Shown here: piece after piece, positions 7,760-17,412 of the stretch
How positions within the stretch are numbered: position 1 is the first letter of the stretch
Layout of the letters: every line of letters starts with the position of its first letter
Assembly (NCBI GenBank): GCA_023379025.1
Contig: JAMCTH010000003.1
Location: 169,259 to 233,258, forward strand
Source of the DNA: Patescibacteria group bacterium
GTDB lineage: Bacteria > Patescibacteriota > Microgenomatia > UBA10105 > UBA927
DNA length: 64,000 bases
Direction of reading: 5' to 3'
The notes under the pieces: model-generated
The model's input: only the letters and a program-made list of their open reading frames with translations
Database searches by the model: none
What the model was told of the DNA's origin: nothing
Made by a program: the position numbers and the translations under genes

Positions 7760-9469
7760 TCAATAATGGATATCCTTGATTTTGAGCTGGAGTTTCCGGC
7801 TGCCGTTCCAGACGTTCATGTCGATGGTATAGGCGACATCGATCTGCTGACCGGGCTCAAGCTTCCCATACAGGGAGCCGAAGGAAAACGCGATGGCATC
7901 GAAAGAAACATTACTCAATTGTTTCATTGTTACATCGTCAGAGGAAAGCCGTAGTTTAAGATGTTTCCCATCGTTCCCCACTAATCTTGTATCCAGCACT
8001 TTCACCTTCTTTGAAACGAATACCGGCTCCGGATTACCGAATCCGAACGGCGCAAGCGCCTGAAGTTCCTGCCAAAGCTCTGGCGTAACCAGGGACAGCG
8101 GTATCTCCATATCTATCCGGAGCGTCCGTCTGAGCATGTCTTCGTCTATAGTGCGTTCCGCAATATCCGTTAACCGTTTCTTCAATAGTTCAAGATTTTT
8201 TGTCTCTATGGTAAATCCCGCGGCCATCGGGTGTCCTCCGGCATCCACCAAAATATCACTGCATTGCCGGATGCTCTCGATGATGTTAAACCCGGGAATT
8301 GACCGTGCGGACGCTTTGGATACAAGTTCTCCCCGGGACACGACGACCGCGGGGCGCCAGTACTCTTCGGTAAGCCTGCCTGCGACAAGCCCGATAATCC
8401 CCTGGTTATACTCCCCGTGGGCAACAAAAATGAGCTTCCTGAGCGTCTTCGGTACCAAACCCCGCGCATGAAGCGTCGTATCCATGGTCATCTGCTGCCT
8501 CTCCCTGTTTGTCAGCCCGAGCTTTTTTGCAAGCAATTCCGATTTCTCAGCATTATGCGTACAAAGAAGCCGGAGCGCATCCAATGCGTGCTCTATCCTG
8601 CCGGCTGCATTAAGCCTAGGAGCAATCATATGCGATATCTCATACGTTCCTATTGATTTCTGATCTAATCCTGCTTCGGAAATAAGCGCGGCAAGCCCAA
8701 CTCTTCGAATGCTTCTTAGAGCTTCCAGTCCAAATTTTGCGATACTTCTATTCGGACCGGTAAGCGGGAGAAGATCCGCGATTGTCCCGATTGCCGAAAG
8801 TGCCAATAGTTCGTCTGTAAATTCCTTATCCGAAGTCAGGGTCAGACCTTTCTCTTTTAAGGTCTGACCCTGCAGAAGTTCGTGGCAAACAAACCAGGAG
8901 ACACCGGCTCCGGATAGTTTTGTCGTATGAACAATCGTACACTCCGGCAATGTTTTTGGTTTAACGTGATGGTCGGTAACGATAACATCTATTCCCTTCT
9001 CCTTTGCATAGGCAACCTTCTCCCGTGCCGTTATACCATGATCAACGGTAATGATGAGCGTCGGACGAAAGTTCTCGATTACCGAGTCTAGTCCCTTTAT
9101 CGATAATCCATATCCTTCCTCTACCCGATGAGGAATATACGGCATGACCCTTGCCCCGAGACTGTGGAGCGTTTCCCACATGACCGCACCTGCCGTGATA
9201 CCGTCAGCATCATAATCTGCGTACACCACGATAGATTCCTTGTTTTGTATAGCTTTTTCTATGCGCCTCATGGCGCCTGCTAATACCCGGGCATCGATAT
9301 CGACATCTTTTGCCGTAAGGCGGGAGGGATTCAGGGGACTCAGAAATGCTGCAGTGACTCTTGTCGTTTTGAGACCTCTATTGTTAAGTAAAATTCTGAT
9401 AACCTCTTTATTTGTGATTTGAGATTTGTGATTTATGATTTTCCCAACGACGTCCCACTTCCTATCCAT
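7760..9469 (-). CDS. recJ: Single-stranded-DNA-specific exonuclease RecJ (DHH/DHHA1)
   Basis: DHH motifs VYADYDADGITAG, TVDHG and VIVTDHH. Start set at MDRKWDVVGK.... The upstream 364 codons of the 933-aa track ORF are antisense to cca and are rejected. Confidence 0.8.
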   Translation of the reverse strand: MDRKWDVVGKIINHKSQITNKEVIRILLNNRGLKTTRVTAAFLSPLNPSRLTAKDVDIDARVLAGAMRRIEKAIQNKESIVVYADYDADGITAGAVMWETLHSLGARVMPYIPHRVEEGYGLSIKGLDSVIENFRPTLIITVDHGITAREKVAYAKEKGIDVIVTDHHVKPKTLPECTIVHTTKLSGAGVSWFVCHELLQGQTLKEKGLTLTSDKEFTDELLALSAIGTIADLLPLTGPNRSIAKFGLEALRSIRRVGLAALISEAGLDQKSIGTYEISHMIAPRLNAAGRIEHALDALRLLCTHNAEKSELLAKKLGLTNRERQQMTMDTTLHARGLVPKTLRKLIFVAHGEYNQGIIGLVAGRLTEEYWRPAVVVSRGELVSKASARSIPGFNIIESIRQCSDILVDAGGHPMAAGFTIETKNLELLKKRLTDIAERTIDEDMLRRTLRIDMEIPLSLVTPELWQELQALAPFGFGNPEPVFVSKKVKVLDTRLVGNDGKHLKLRLSSDDVTMKQLSNVSFDAIAFSFGSLYGKLEPGQQIDVAYTIDMNVWNGSRKLQLKIKDIHY

Positions 9470-9487
9470 ACAGGGTATAATACCAGT

Positions 9488-10858
9488 ATGCAACGCCTCC
9501 CTCAACCTGCCCAGAACATCATCGATACCCTCAAAAAAAAGGGCTATGAAGCCTACGCCGTCGGCGGCTCGGTCCGCGACCTTATCATGAAACGACCGAC
9601 GAAAGGCTGGGACTTTACGACCGACGCGACACCGGAACAAATACTGGAAGTTTTTCCTGACAGTTTTTATGACAACCAATTCGGTACCGTCGGCATCAAA
9701 CTCTATGAACCCGGTACCGATCCGAAGAACCCGGTGCTTAAGGATATCTATGAGATCACTACATTCCGGAGTGAAAAGGAGTATACGGACCACCGGCATC
9801 CGGATAACATCCTGTGGGGAACCTCGCTTACGGAAGATCTTTCGCGGCGGGACTTCACGATCAATGCCATCGCCTATGACGGCAAAACGGTTACAGACCC
9901 GTATGACGGACAACAAGATCTCGAAGGTCGGTTGATCCGGGCAGTCGGAGAACCTGACAAACGGATCGCGGAAGATGCCCTCCGCATGATGCGTGCGGTG
10001 AGGATCGCTACGGAACTCGGTTTCCTGATTGAGGACCAGACCTCGGCAGCTATCCGGAGCAATGCGAACCTCCTCTCCGGTATATCGGCCGAACGTATCC
10101 GGGATGAACTGCTGAGGATCCTGGGGGCCGAGCACGCCGCTGACGGGATACTGATTCTCAGAAATACCGGCATCCTCAAACAAATCCTTCCGGAGCTGGA
10201 CGCATGTTTCGCCGTACAGCAAAAAAGTCCGAAACGGCATCACATCTATGACGTAGGCACCCATTCCGTCATGGCTCTCAAGTTCTGCCCTTCCGCCGAT
10301 CCGGTCATCCGGCTCGCAACCCTTCTTCACGATATCGGAAAGGCAAAGACGTTCCATAAGGACGGAGAAGGCCTCGTCACCTTCTATAACCATGAAGTCG
10401 CCAGTACAAAACTTGCCCGGAATATTGTCACCCGGCTCAGGTTTTCTAAAAAAGACAGTGAGACCATCCTCACGCTTATCCGCTGGCATCAGTTCAGCGT
10501 CGATGAACGGCAGACAGACAGCGCGCTCCGGCGTTTCATCCGGAGAGTCGGAAAGGAACACCTCAAAGACATACTGGCCCTGCGCATCGGGGACCGCCTC
10601 GGCGGGGGTGCGCAGGAAACGTCATGGCGGCTCGAACTTTATAAAAAACGGCTCGAAGATGTCCAGAAGCAGCCCTTCACCGTTGCCGACCTTAAGGTAA
10701 ACGGCTTTGATGCCATGAAGATGTGTGACGACAAGCCCGGACCACGGATCGGCAAAATTCTGACGGCGTTATTTGGGGAAGTAGAAAAGGGAACTCTTGC
10801 CAATGAGCGGACTGCGCTTCTGTCGCGGATGAAAGATCTGGTTACGAGCATTCACTAA
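9488..10858 (+). CDS. cca: CCA-adding enzyme / tRNA nucleotidyltransferase (PolyA_pol head domain plus HD domain)
   Basis: GGSVRDL and RRDFTINA nucleotidyltransferase motifs. HD motif LLHDIGK. Start at MQRLPQPAQNIIDTL. Confidence 0.8.
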   Translation: MQRLPQPAQNIIDTLKKKGYEAYAVGGSVRDLIMKRPTKGWDFTTDATPEQILEVFPDSFYDNQFGTVGIKLYEPGTDPKNPVLKDIYEITTFRSEKEYTDHRHPDNILWGTSLTEDLSRRDFTINAIAYDGKTVTDPYDGQQDLEGRLIRAVGEPDKRIAEDALRMMRAVRIATELGFLIEDQTSAAIRSNANLLSGISAERIRDELLRILGAEHAADGILILRNTGILKQILPELDACFAVQQKSPKRHHIYDVGTHSVMALKFCPSADPVIRLATLLHDIGKAKTFHKDGEGLVTFYNHEVASTKLARNIVTRLRFSKKDSETILTLIRWHQFSVDERQTDSALRRFIRRVGKEHLKDILALRIGDRLGGGAQETSWRLELYKKRLEDVQKQPFTVADLKVNGFDAMKMCDDKPGPRIGKILTALFGEVEKGTLANERTALLSRMKDLVTSIH

Positions 10859-10878
10859 ACCATGCCTTTATACGGTTT

Positions 10879-11760
10879 TTAACTTTTCTTTTTTTGGTTT
10901 GCCCGGCGGTTCCAGACCAGAAGTACCGGGGTAGCGACAAACGGCGATGAGTAGGTGCCCGAAACCGTTCCGATAAGGAGCGCCACGACAAACCAGTAGG
11001 TCGTCGAGCCGCCGAGAAGAACGAGCGCGAGAAGCATGAAGATGATGGTAAGAGAGTTCGCAGTCGAGCGGCCGATGGTTTCGGTGAGCGCGCGGTCACA
11101 AAGGTCATCAAAAACCATTCTGTCCCCGTATTTCCGGTATTCCCGTATGCGATCGAAAACGACGATCGTATCATGTACGGAAAAGCTCATGGTTGTGAGA
11201 AATGCCGTCACGAACAATGTGTCTACTTCCACATGGAAGAAATGTCCGAACAGCGAAAAACAGCCGAGCACCACAAGAAGGTCATGGGCCAGTGCAACAA
11301 TCGCAGCGACGCCGAACCGGACGTTACGGAACGCATAGGCAACATAACTGAGGATGCCGATGATTGCCAGAAGTGCCGCCGCAAGGGCTTTTGTGAGAAG
11401 TTCTTTTCCAAGGACCGGACCGACCGTTTCATTCCTCAGGATTTTCGGTGCCGGTTTTGTAAGTGTGAGCAGCGTCTCCTCAAATGTCTTCAGTGACGAA
11501 TCCTGTTCCGGCTTAAGGCGCAGAAGATATGTCCCTCCCTGTGACTGCTGAATACTCGAGAGCGTAACTTTCGCATTTCCGGCCAGAATCATAAACATCT
11601 GATCCGTAACCGGTTTGGGAACACTCACTTCAAGGAGTGTGCCGCCGGTAAAATCTATGGCAGGCACGAGCCCCCAGCGTACGAGAGAGTACATTCCGGG
11701 CACCAAAACAAGTGCTGACAGCAGAAAATATATCCAGAGATATTTACTGAATCGGATCAT
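10879..11760 (-). CDS. secF: Protein translocase subunit SecF
   Basis: IDFTGGT motif, multiple TM helices. Immediately downstream of secD. Start at MIRFSKY. Confidence 0.85.
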   Translation of the reverse strand: MIRFSKYLWIYFLLSALVLVPGMYSLVRWGLVPAIDFTGGTLLEVSVPKPVTDQMFMILAGNAKVTLSSIQQSQGGTYLLRLKPEQDSSLKTFEETLLTLTKPAPKILRNETVGPVLGKELLTKALAAALLAIIGILSYVAYAFRNVRFGVAAIVALAHDLLVVLGCFSLFGHFFHVEVDTLFVTAFLTTMSFSVHDTIVVFDRIREYRKYGDRMVFDDLCDRALTETIGRSTANSLTIIFMLLALVLLGGSTTYWFVVALLIGTVSGTYSSPFVATPVLLVWNRRANQKKKS

Positions 11761-11807
11761 GGGTTCACCACTCCCTTCCGTCACAGGACATGCAATCCTC
11801 CCCGTTT

Positions 11808-13175
11808 TTACGTAGTTTTTTCATGATAGAGCACTCGGATAAATGTCCGGGTTACGATAATCCCGGTAAAAAGGCTCGTCACGACACCGATAAGAAGTGT
11901 TATGGCAAATCCCCGGACCAGTCCCGAATCAGGGAGGAGCGACCAGTTGCCGGGATTGTAGAGGATGATGCAGGTCAGGATGGTCGTAAGATTTGCGTCC
12001 CGGATACTGTCCCATGCCCGTCCAAAGCCGAGTTCCATCGCAATACCCGCTGACTTACCGCGCCTTTTTTCTTCGTGGTACCGCTCAAAGATCAGGATGT
12101 TGGCATCGACCGCCATACCGATAGACAGGATAAATCCTGCAATACCAGGCAACGTCAGTGTGACCGGAATAAGCCGGAATACCGCAAAGGTGATCAGACC
12201 GTAGAGGAAAAGGGCCATGTCTGCCAGAAATCCCAGCATGCCGTATTTGGCAATCATAAATGCCGCAACGATGAGAAGCCCTATGGCACCCGCACGGACG
12301 CTCTCTATCACCGACCGTGTTCCGAGTGTCGCACCGACCGTCCGTTTTTCTATGACGTGGACGGGAACGGGAAGTGCGCCTGCATTAAGCTGCAGCGCAA
12401 GCGTCTTTGCCTGATCCTGGGTAAATCCGCCGGTAATGACCGCCTGCCCGTCCGTAATCGGCGTGTTCACCCGCGGCCAGGTAAGCGGCTCATTATCCAG
12501 AAATATGGCAAGTTTTTTGTTGACCAGCCGGTTCGTGACCTCCCCGAATTTCCTGGCTCCGGAGGGGGTAAACGTGATCCCCACCTCCGGCTCGCCCGTC
12601 TGCGAGCTGAACTGGAGCTGAGCACTCTCGAGGTCTTTTCCTGTAATCCCCACGGATTCCGTATTGGTGAGAAGCGGAATGACAAATGCATCCGACGTAG
12701 CCTCTTTGGGATTGGTAAATTCACGGAACTCAAGCTTTGCCGTCTGCCCGATAAGGCCGATTGCCTGGTCCACATCCGATATGCCGGGAAGCTCTACAAT
12801 AATCCGGTAACTGCCGTTTTCATGCGCGGTCTGAACCACCGGCTCCGACACTCCGAACAGGTTTACCCGTCTTGAGATGACCTGGCTTGCGGAATCCAGA
12901 GCGCTCGTACGGTCTGCCGGATTGATGTCTTTCATATCCGCTTCAAGAACAATGTGCGTTCCACCCGACAGATCAAGACCCAAATGCGTACGGATCTCTT
13001 TTTGTACGGTAAGTCCGAAAAGGGAAAAAGATATATTCGGCGGATTGATGACGCGGTCTATTGTTATCGGTCCGGCCTGAAACTTCAGATGGTAATGCTC
13101 CGGCAGATCAATGACCGCACAGATGACGGCGAGAACGAGAAGCAGGATAAATACGCGTCTGGGATTTCGAAACAT
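11808..13175 (-). CDS. secD: Protein translocase subunit SecD
   Basis: N-terminal TM, periplasmic domain, C-terminal 6-TM bundle (GLDLSGGTHIVL motif). 455 aa. Confidence 0.85.
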   Translation of the reverse strand: MFRNPRRVFILLLVLAVICAVIDLPEHYHLKFQAGPITIDRVINPPNISFSLFGLTVQKEIRTHLGLDLSGGTHIVLEADMKDINPADRTSALDSASQVISRRVNLFGVSEPVVQTAHENGSYRIIVELPGISDVDQAIGLIGQTAKLEFREFTNPKEATSDAFVIPLLTNTESVGITGKDLESAQLQFSSQTGEPEVGITFTPSGARKFGEVTNRLVNKKLAIFLDNEPLTWPRVNTPITDGQAVITGGFTQDQAKTLALQLNAGALPVPVHVIEKRTVGATLGTRSVIESVRAGAIGLLIVAAFMIAKYGMLGFLADMALFLYGLITFAVFRLIPVTLTLPGIAGFILSIGMAVDANILIFERYHEEKRRGKSAGIAMELGFGRAWDSIRDANLTTILTCIILYNPGNWSLLPDSGLVRGFAITLLIGVVTSLFTGIIVTRTFIRVLYHEKTT

Positions 13176-13181
13176 GGGATA

Positions 13182-13760
13182 TCAGCTCACGAGATCTTCT
13201 TCATCTCCGATAATCATAACACGTGATCCCTCAAGGACGGAAAGGACAAACGGATCCCGGCGGCGCTTGCGGAACGCAAACTCTTCTTCCGTCATCACGG
13301 TGTAATTGATTTCGCGGTCGTGCCTGCCCTCCTCCGCCTTAACAAGAAGCGATAACTCAGGCAGGACAACGGTGCCGACGATCAGCAGATCAACATCGTT
13401 GGTTCCTTTTCTGGGGAGATGACGGAGATACCGTCCGGAAAGCATGGCAAACCTGAGTTTGCCGAGTTTTGATTTATTTTTTATGATATCCCTGCCAATA
13501 CCTGAAGACTTTGCCGTCAGTTCCAGAAGTTCCGGGTACAGCGGGTAGTCTTTGCGGAATGCATAAAACAAACGGTTTGCCCGCTGCTCCTTCGTGAGCA
13601 TGCCGGCTTTTTCCATATGCGCAAGTTCCCGCCGGACCGCATTGATCTCCTCGCCGACCTTGCGCACGATATCGCGGACATGAAAAATCTGGCCGGGATG
13701 GGAAAGGAAGAGGGTAAGAATTTTTACCCGGACCCTGGAAATAATGATGTCTTCCAGCAT
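13182..13760 (-). CDS. Hypothetical protein with N-terminal winged-helix-like domain (putative regulator)
   Basis: N-terminal approx. 70 aa resembles a wHTH (RVKILTLFLSHPGQIFHVRDIVRKVGEEINAVRRELAHMEKAGML). The C-terminal part is of unknown fold. First gene of the secDF transcription unit. Confidence 0.35.
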   Translation of the reverse strand: MLEDIIISRVRVKILTLFLSHPGQIFHVRDIVRKVGEEINAVRRELAHMEKAGMLTKEQRANRLFYAFRKDYPLYPELLELTAKSSGIGRDIIKNKSKLGKLRFAMLSGRYLRHLPRKGTNDVDLLIVGTVVLPELSLLVKAEEGRHDREINYTVMTEEEFAFRKRRRDPFVLSVLEGSRVMIIGDEEDLVS

Positions 13761-13793
13761 ATCTTCTTCATGGGGCAGGAGAATTTCAATACG

Positions 13794-14969
13794 TTAGTAA
13801 TGTATTTTCGTTCCGGTCGGCAGCATCTCTATCCAGATCTGCCCGCGGTTAAAACTGACCTCGCGTCCCGTGCCGTCATAAAAAAGCGTCCGGGCATTCC
13901 TGTCCGGCTTCTTCCAGGTCCCCTGGACGGTCTTTCCGTCTTCAAACACGACGGCATCACCGCTGCCGACATCCGCATAGAGAAGATGTCCGTGTCCGTC
14001 CACCGGACCCGTTTCTTTGGCGAAAAGGATAACGACATCTTTTGCCGTCAACTGCTGTTTCGTTTCGAGGTCCGTCTGCGGCTGTCCGCCGTTATACCGC
14101 TTGTACGTATTGGTTGCCCGGTCATACACCCATTGCACCCCGTACCCGCTCTCATACCCCGGCCAGGCGACAAAACTGGCGGAAAACGATGCGGGCCGGT
14201 CCGAAAGGGCTGCGTCATCTTTGAATTTCCACCCGGTGAAATGGGCATCCCAGGAAATGCCGCTCGCATCAACATTCGTCCATCCGCGCTCCGCGGCCAG
14301 GGAATAGAGTTTGTCCGAAACACACACCATCGTGTGCTCCGTTGCGACAGGGTGATCCAGACGATCGTAGTTACGGTAACAGGTCGGAAAGGAAATACCG
14401 AACTGATCCATGTTTTTGATTTTCCACTGCTGGATCTGGCAGAGTGCCTTGGCACGTTCGTCTACCGTCGGATCATCGCAGTTTCCTGCCCCTCCGACGT
14501 GGTTGTAGAGCGCGTCATACTCAAGTACCCAGGGAAGAAAGTAGGTCCTCGCGCTTCGGACCGGAGCCAGGTTTACACTCTTGGCAGCAGCGCCGCAGTA
14601 AAAAATGCCCATGAATCTGGTGATACCCCCTTCTGCAACCGCCTCATACACCACGTCGGCTGATGATAAACCCGACTGAGGCCGTGCGTCCTGGTGATTC
14701 TCTATCATGACCGCAAGAGGACGGCGCTTGCTCCAGATATCCTTTTCCTGCTGGGTAAAATACGCGCCGTTGATAGGGCATGCCGCCGTCTTGGGGGCGT
14801 TCGGATCTATAGTAAAATGACTCTGGGGTCCGGAACTTCCTGCGGGAGTCTGCACCTCAGCCACCGGCTTTTTGACGAAATAGCTGAATCCTGCAAACGA
14901 AAGTCCGGTTGCCACAAGGTAGAGGGCAAGACCGATGATCACCGAAGAGACGAATTTGGTTTTATTCAT
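13794..14969 (-). CDS. DUF3048-domain secreted protein (YerB-like)
   Basis: Signal/TM segment. The conserved stretch RPLAVMIENHQDARPQSGLSSADVVYEAVAEGGITRF resembles the DUF3048 N-terminal domain as I recall it. Confidence 0.55.
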   Translation of the reverse strand: MNKTKFVSSVIIGLALYLVATGLSFAGFSYFVKKPVAEVQTPAGSSGPQSHFTIDPNAPKTAACPINGAYFTQQEKDIWSKRRPLAVMIENHQDARPQSGLSSADVVYEAVAEGGITRFMGIFYCGAAAKSVNLAPVRSARTYFLPWVLEYDALYNHVGGAGNCDDPTVDERAKALCQIQQWKIKNMDQFGISFPTCYRNYDRLDHPVATEHTMVCVSDKLYSLAAERGWTNVDASGISWDAHFTGWKFKDDAALSDRPASFSASFVAWPGYESGYGVQWVYDRATNTYKRYNGGQPQTDLETKQQLTAKDVVILFAKETGPVDGHGHLLYADVGSGDAVVFEDGKTVQGTWKKPDRNARTLFYDGTGREVSFNRGQIWIEMLPTGTKIHY

Positions 14970-14981
14970 AGCATAGCCCTG

Positions 14982-15452
14982 TCATGAAACCGCCGATGCA
15001 TGTCTTATTGCCGACTGTTCTTCCTTTGATAATTCAAGCTCTTTCCCTTTCCCTCCGCTAATTTCTTTAATATACCACCGATTGCCGGTTCTGGCATAGA
15101 GGGAAGTGATCACAATCCCGTTATCATGCCCGTCCATGAGTGCAAGGGAAAAACTCTGCGACCCGCCGGTATCGGAAAACGGATTAAACCGGACGATACC
15201 GAGTTTCTGGATGTGGAAGGCATCGTTGTAGGCCAATTGCTTTATCATGCGGCTCAGGTCCAACATGCTTTTTTTGTGTGCCTCCTGGGTCGAGGTGAGT
15301 CTGTTCAGAACTTCCGTAAGACCCGTCCTGGTGACGCCACGGGTTAATCCGTTGTAGTGCGCTGCGATACGGAAAATCCAGACAGTCAATACCGCAAGCC
15401 ACACAAAGATACCGGCGATGAGAAGCGTAGTTTCCACGGCTGAAATGAACAC
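14982..15452 (-). CDS. Small membrane protein, possibly DUF4446 family
   Basis: N-terminal TM helix followed by a soluble domain (FNPFSDTGGSQSFSLALMDGHDNGIVITSLYAR). The family assignment is from memory. Confidence 0.4.
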   Translation of the reverse strand: MFISAVETTLLIAGIFVWLAVLTVWIFRIAAHYNGLTRGVTRTGLTEVLNRLTSTQEAHKKSMLDLSRMIKQLAYNDAFHIQKLGIVRFNPFSDTGGSQSFSLALMDGHDNGIVITSLYARTGNRWYIKEISGGKGKELELSKEEQSAIRHASAVS

Positions 15453-15597
15453 CTCTGGTATCCATCATACTACGATCCGGTATCCCGGTTGTCAATCGAA
15501 ATAATCTGCCGTTGGCCCTAGCGGATATTTGACAAGCTGCTTGAAGCTATGCTACGCTCAAGCGCACGGGGCCGGAAACAGAACATTTACTCTCCGT

Positions 15598-15906
15598 ATG
15601 CCGAAAAAAACAAAAAAAGAAAAAATAATTGCGGAGTATCGCCGTAAACTTCAACAGGTAGGGCATACAATGCAGTCTTCTCCGGTTACACCATCCGAAC
15701 GGCCCCTTCCTTCCAAACCCCAGGAGACAGACACCGGTCTGCATTTCAGGTTCCGGCAGCACCATACTTCTGCTCCGGGTGTTCAGGCAGCCCAAACGGA
15801 CATGACCGAACTCAGAAGTATAAAGCTCGATCTGCTCAAAACATGTATCCTGGCAGGAGCGGCTGTCGCGATCGAATTCATGCTGTACTGGAAACTTCGC
15901 GTCTGA
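15598..15906 (+). CDS. Hypothetical small protein with C-terminal TM helix
   Basis: Start at MPKKTKKEKIIAEYRRK. A TTGACA -35-like box at 15522-15527 upstream. C-terminal LLKTCILAGAAVAIEFMLYW. Confidence 0.3.
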   Translation: MPKKTKKEKIIAEYRRKLQQVGHTMQSSPVTPSERPLPSKPQETDTGLHFRFRQHHTSAPGVQAAQTDMTELRSIKLDLLKTCILAGAAVAIEFMLYWKLRV

Positions 15907-15956
15907 CCGGGGTATTGATTGGCAGTTCTGCTCATGAAGGGAGGTGAATAAACACT

Positions 15957-16097
15957 ATGGCATCCATGTACTGTGTGAAATGCCGCGCCAAACGGGATGA
16001 TCCCAATGCGGTAAAAGTCACCATGAAAAACGGTAAACCCGCAATGAAAGGCAAATGCCCGGTTTGCGGAACGGGAATGTATAAAATCGGTGGCTAA
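15957..16097 (+). CDS. 46-aa zinc-ribbon protein (CxxC...CxxC; DUF5679-like)
   Basis: Strong RBS GGGAGGTG 8 nt upstream of the ATG. MASMYCVKCRAKRD...KGKCPVCGTGMYKIGG. Below the 60-aa cutoff of the ORF track. Followed by a perfect terminator. Confidence 0.5.
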   Translation: MASMYCVKCRAKRDDPNAVKVTMKNGKPAMKGKCPVCGTGMYKIGG

Positions 16098-16131
16098 ATT
16101 TTTTTGCAAAAGAATTTTTCTGTCCGTAAAA

Positions 16132-16153
16132 CCCCGCTCGCGAGCGGGGTTTT
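16132..16153 (+). terminator. Rho-independent terminator CCCCGCTCG/CGAGCGGGG + TTTT
   Basis: Perfect 9-bp palindrome with no loop spacer, followed by ttttcc. Confidence 0.6.
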
Positions 16154-16194
16154 CCATGCCGCGCGGCGTTTGAAAACGATTTATAATAGATTCC

Positions 16195-17412
16195 GTGAAC
16201 CGGAAATTTCCCGCAGCAGTCCTTTCGGCCGCATTGTTTCTGGGGTTTTTCCTTTTTTACCGGTCGCGGATCACCGGCAACACCGTCCTCTTCTTTACGG
16301 ATGAAGCCTACTGGGTAAGTACCGCAAACATCGTACCGGTCCTCCTCCGGGGCCGGTTCAGCGACCGCTTCTGGAACGAGTATTACGGATTTACCAACTT
16401 CAACGGCGCCAAATTCATATTCGGCATAGCGCTCCGGATCCTTCCGCATGGCGACCCGTCCCTGGCCGGCACCGCTCCCATGACCTACTACAGATGGGTG
16501 CCGTACGATGGCCGGCCCTTCCCCCGCGGAAACCCGTTCTACGCTTCATTGACTGATGCGCGGCTCACAAGCGCGTGGTTTGCCGCCGGAGCGGTCGCGG
16601 CTTTGGCCGTACTCACGTACCTGGCAAGCGGATCGCTTTGGGCCATGGTACTTGCGGGAGCAATCCTTGGCATGCATCCGATTACGGCCTATGCCGCCGA
16701 ACACGCGTTTGCCGACAGTTTCCTCCTGTTTTTTGAGGTGCTGTTTCTCCTGTCGCTTGCCGTCCCGTTTCGCACGAACGGCAACGCACCGGAGGGCCGG
16801 TATGCGCTCATAAGCGGCATCCTCATCGGAATCCTCACGGCAATAAAGCTTAATGCCCTCCTCTTCCTTCCGGTTTACGGCGTATGGACGGGAACGGCCA
16901 TCGCGCTTTCGGACGGCGGCCGCAGCCCCGATACTTGGGGGATGAGGGTCTTCCGGGCGCTTTGCACTGCCGCGGCTGCTGCCGGATTCACGTTTCTCCT
17001 CCTTGAACCCAACCTCTTCTTTTACCCCGGGCTCCCGCTTGGGGCGATGATCGAAGGAAGACTGAGGATTACCCGGGAACATATCGCGTACTTCGGAAGA
17101 CTTACGCCTTCCCACGTACTCCTGACCGTTCCGGCGAGACTCCGTTCCCTGGCCGGACGGGTGTTTCCTCCGTGGATGCTGGTCCTGACGCTTGCCGGAG
17201 CCGGAGCGCTCACCGGCGCACTCCTGCGCCGGTCACGGAACATCCCCTTCCTCATCCTGTTTCTTGTGTCAGGAACCGTAACGGGCGGCATCATGCTTTC
17301 CTACATCGTCTTTGACGAACCGCGGTATTATCTGCCGATCCTGCCGTTTCTCATCGCCGCCTGCATCTGCGCTATCGCGGCGGCGGGCAAACCGCTACCC
17401 GAACGCGGCTGA
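16195..17412 (+). CDS. Polytopic membrane protein, GT-C-type glycosyltransferase-like (PMT/ArnT-like)
   Basis: 405 aa with approx. 10 predicted TM segments. N-terminal loop with a conserved acidic motif (FTDEAYW). Apparent GTG start. Confidence 0.45.
   Translation: MNRKFPAAVLSAALFLGFFLFYRSRITGNTVLFFTDEAYWVSTANIVPVLLRGRFSDRFWNEYYGFTNFNGAKFIFGIALRILPHGDPSLAGTAPMTYYRWVPYDGRPFPRGNPFYASLTDARLTSAWFAAGAVAALAVLTYLASGSLWAMVLAGAILGMHPITAYAAEHAFADSFLLFFEVLFLLSLAVPFRTNGNAPEGRYALISGILIGILTAIKLNALLFLPVYGVWTGTAIALSDGGRSPDTWGMRVFRALCTAAAAAGFTFLLLEPNLFFYPGLPLGAMIEGRLRITREHIAYFGRLTPSHVLLTVPARLRSLAGRVFPPWMLVLTLAGAGALTGALLRRSRNIPFLILFLVSGTVTGGIMLSYIVFDEPRYYLPILPFLIAACICAIAAAGKPLPERG

Noticed and set aside
7706-7954. 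82-aa plus-strand ORF
   Set aside because: Overlaps the recJ C-terminus by about 195 nt on the opposite strand and overlaps the end of the preceding small gene. No RBS.
7760-10561. 933-aa minus-strand ORF, apparently a giant RecJ
   Set aside because: Only the C-terminal 570 aa (from MDRKWD...) resembles RecJ. The N-terminal 364 aa are antisense to the well-supported cca gene and have no domain features. They are read-through without stops.
13617-14663. 348-aa plus-strand ORF
   Set aside because: Antisense to the DUF3048-like gene.
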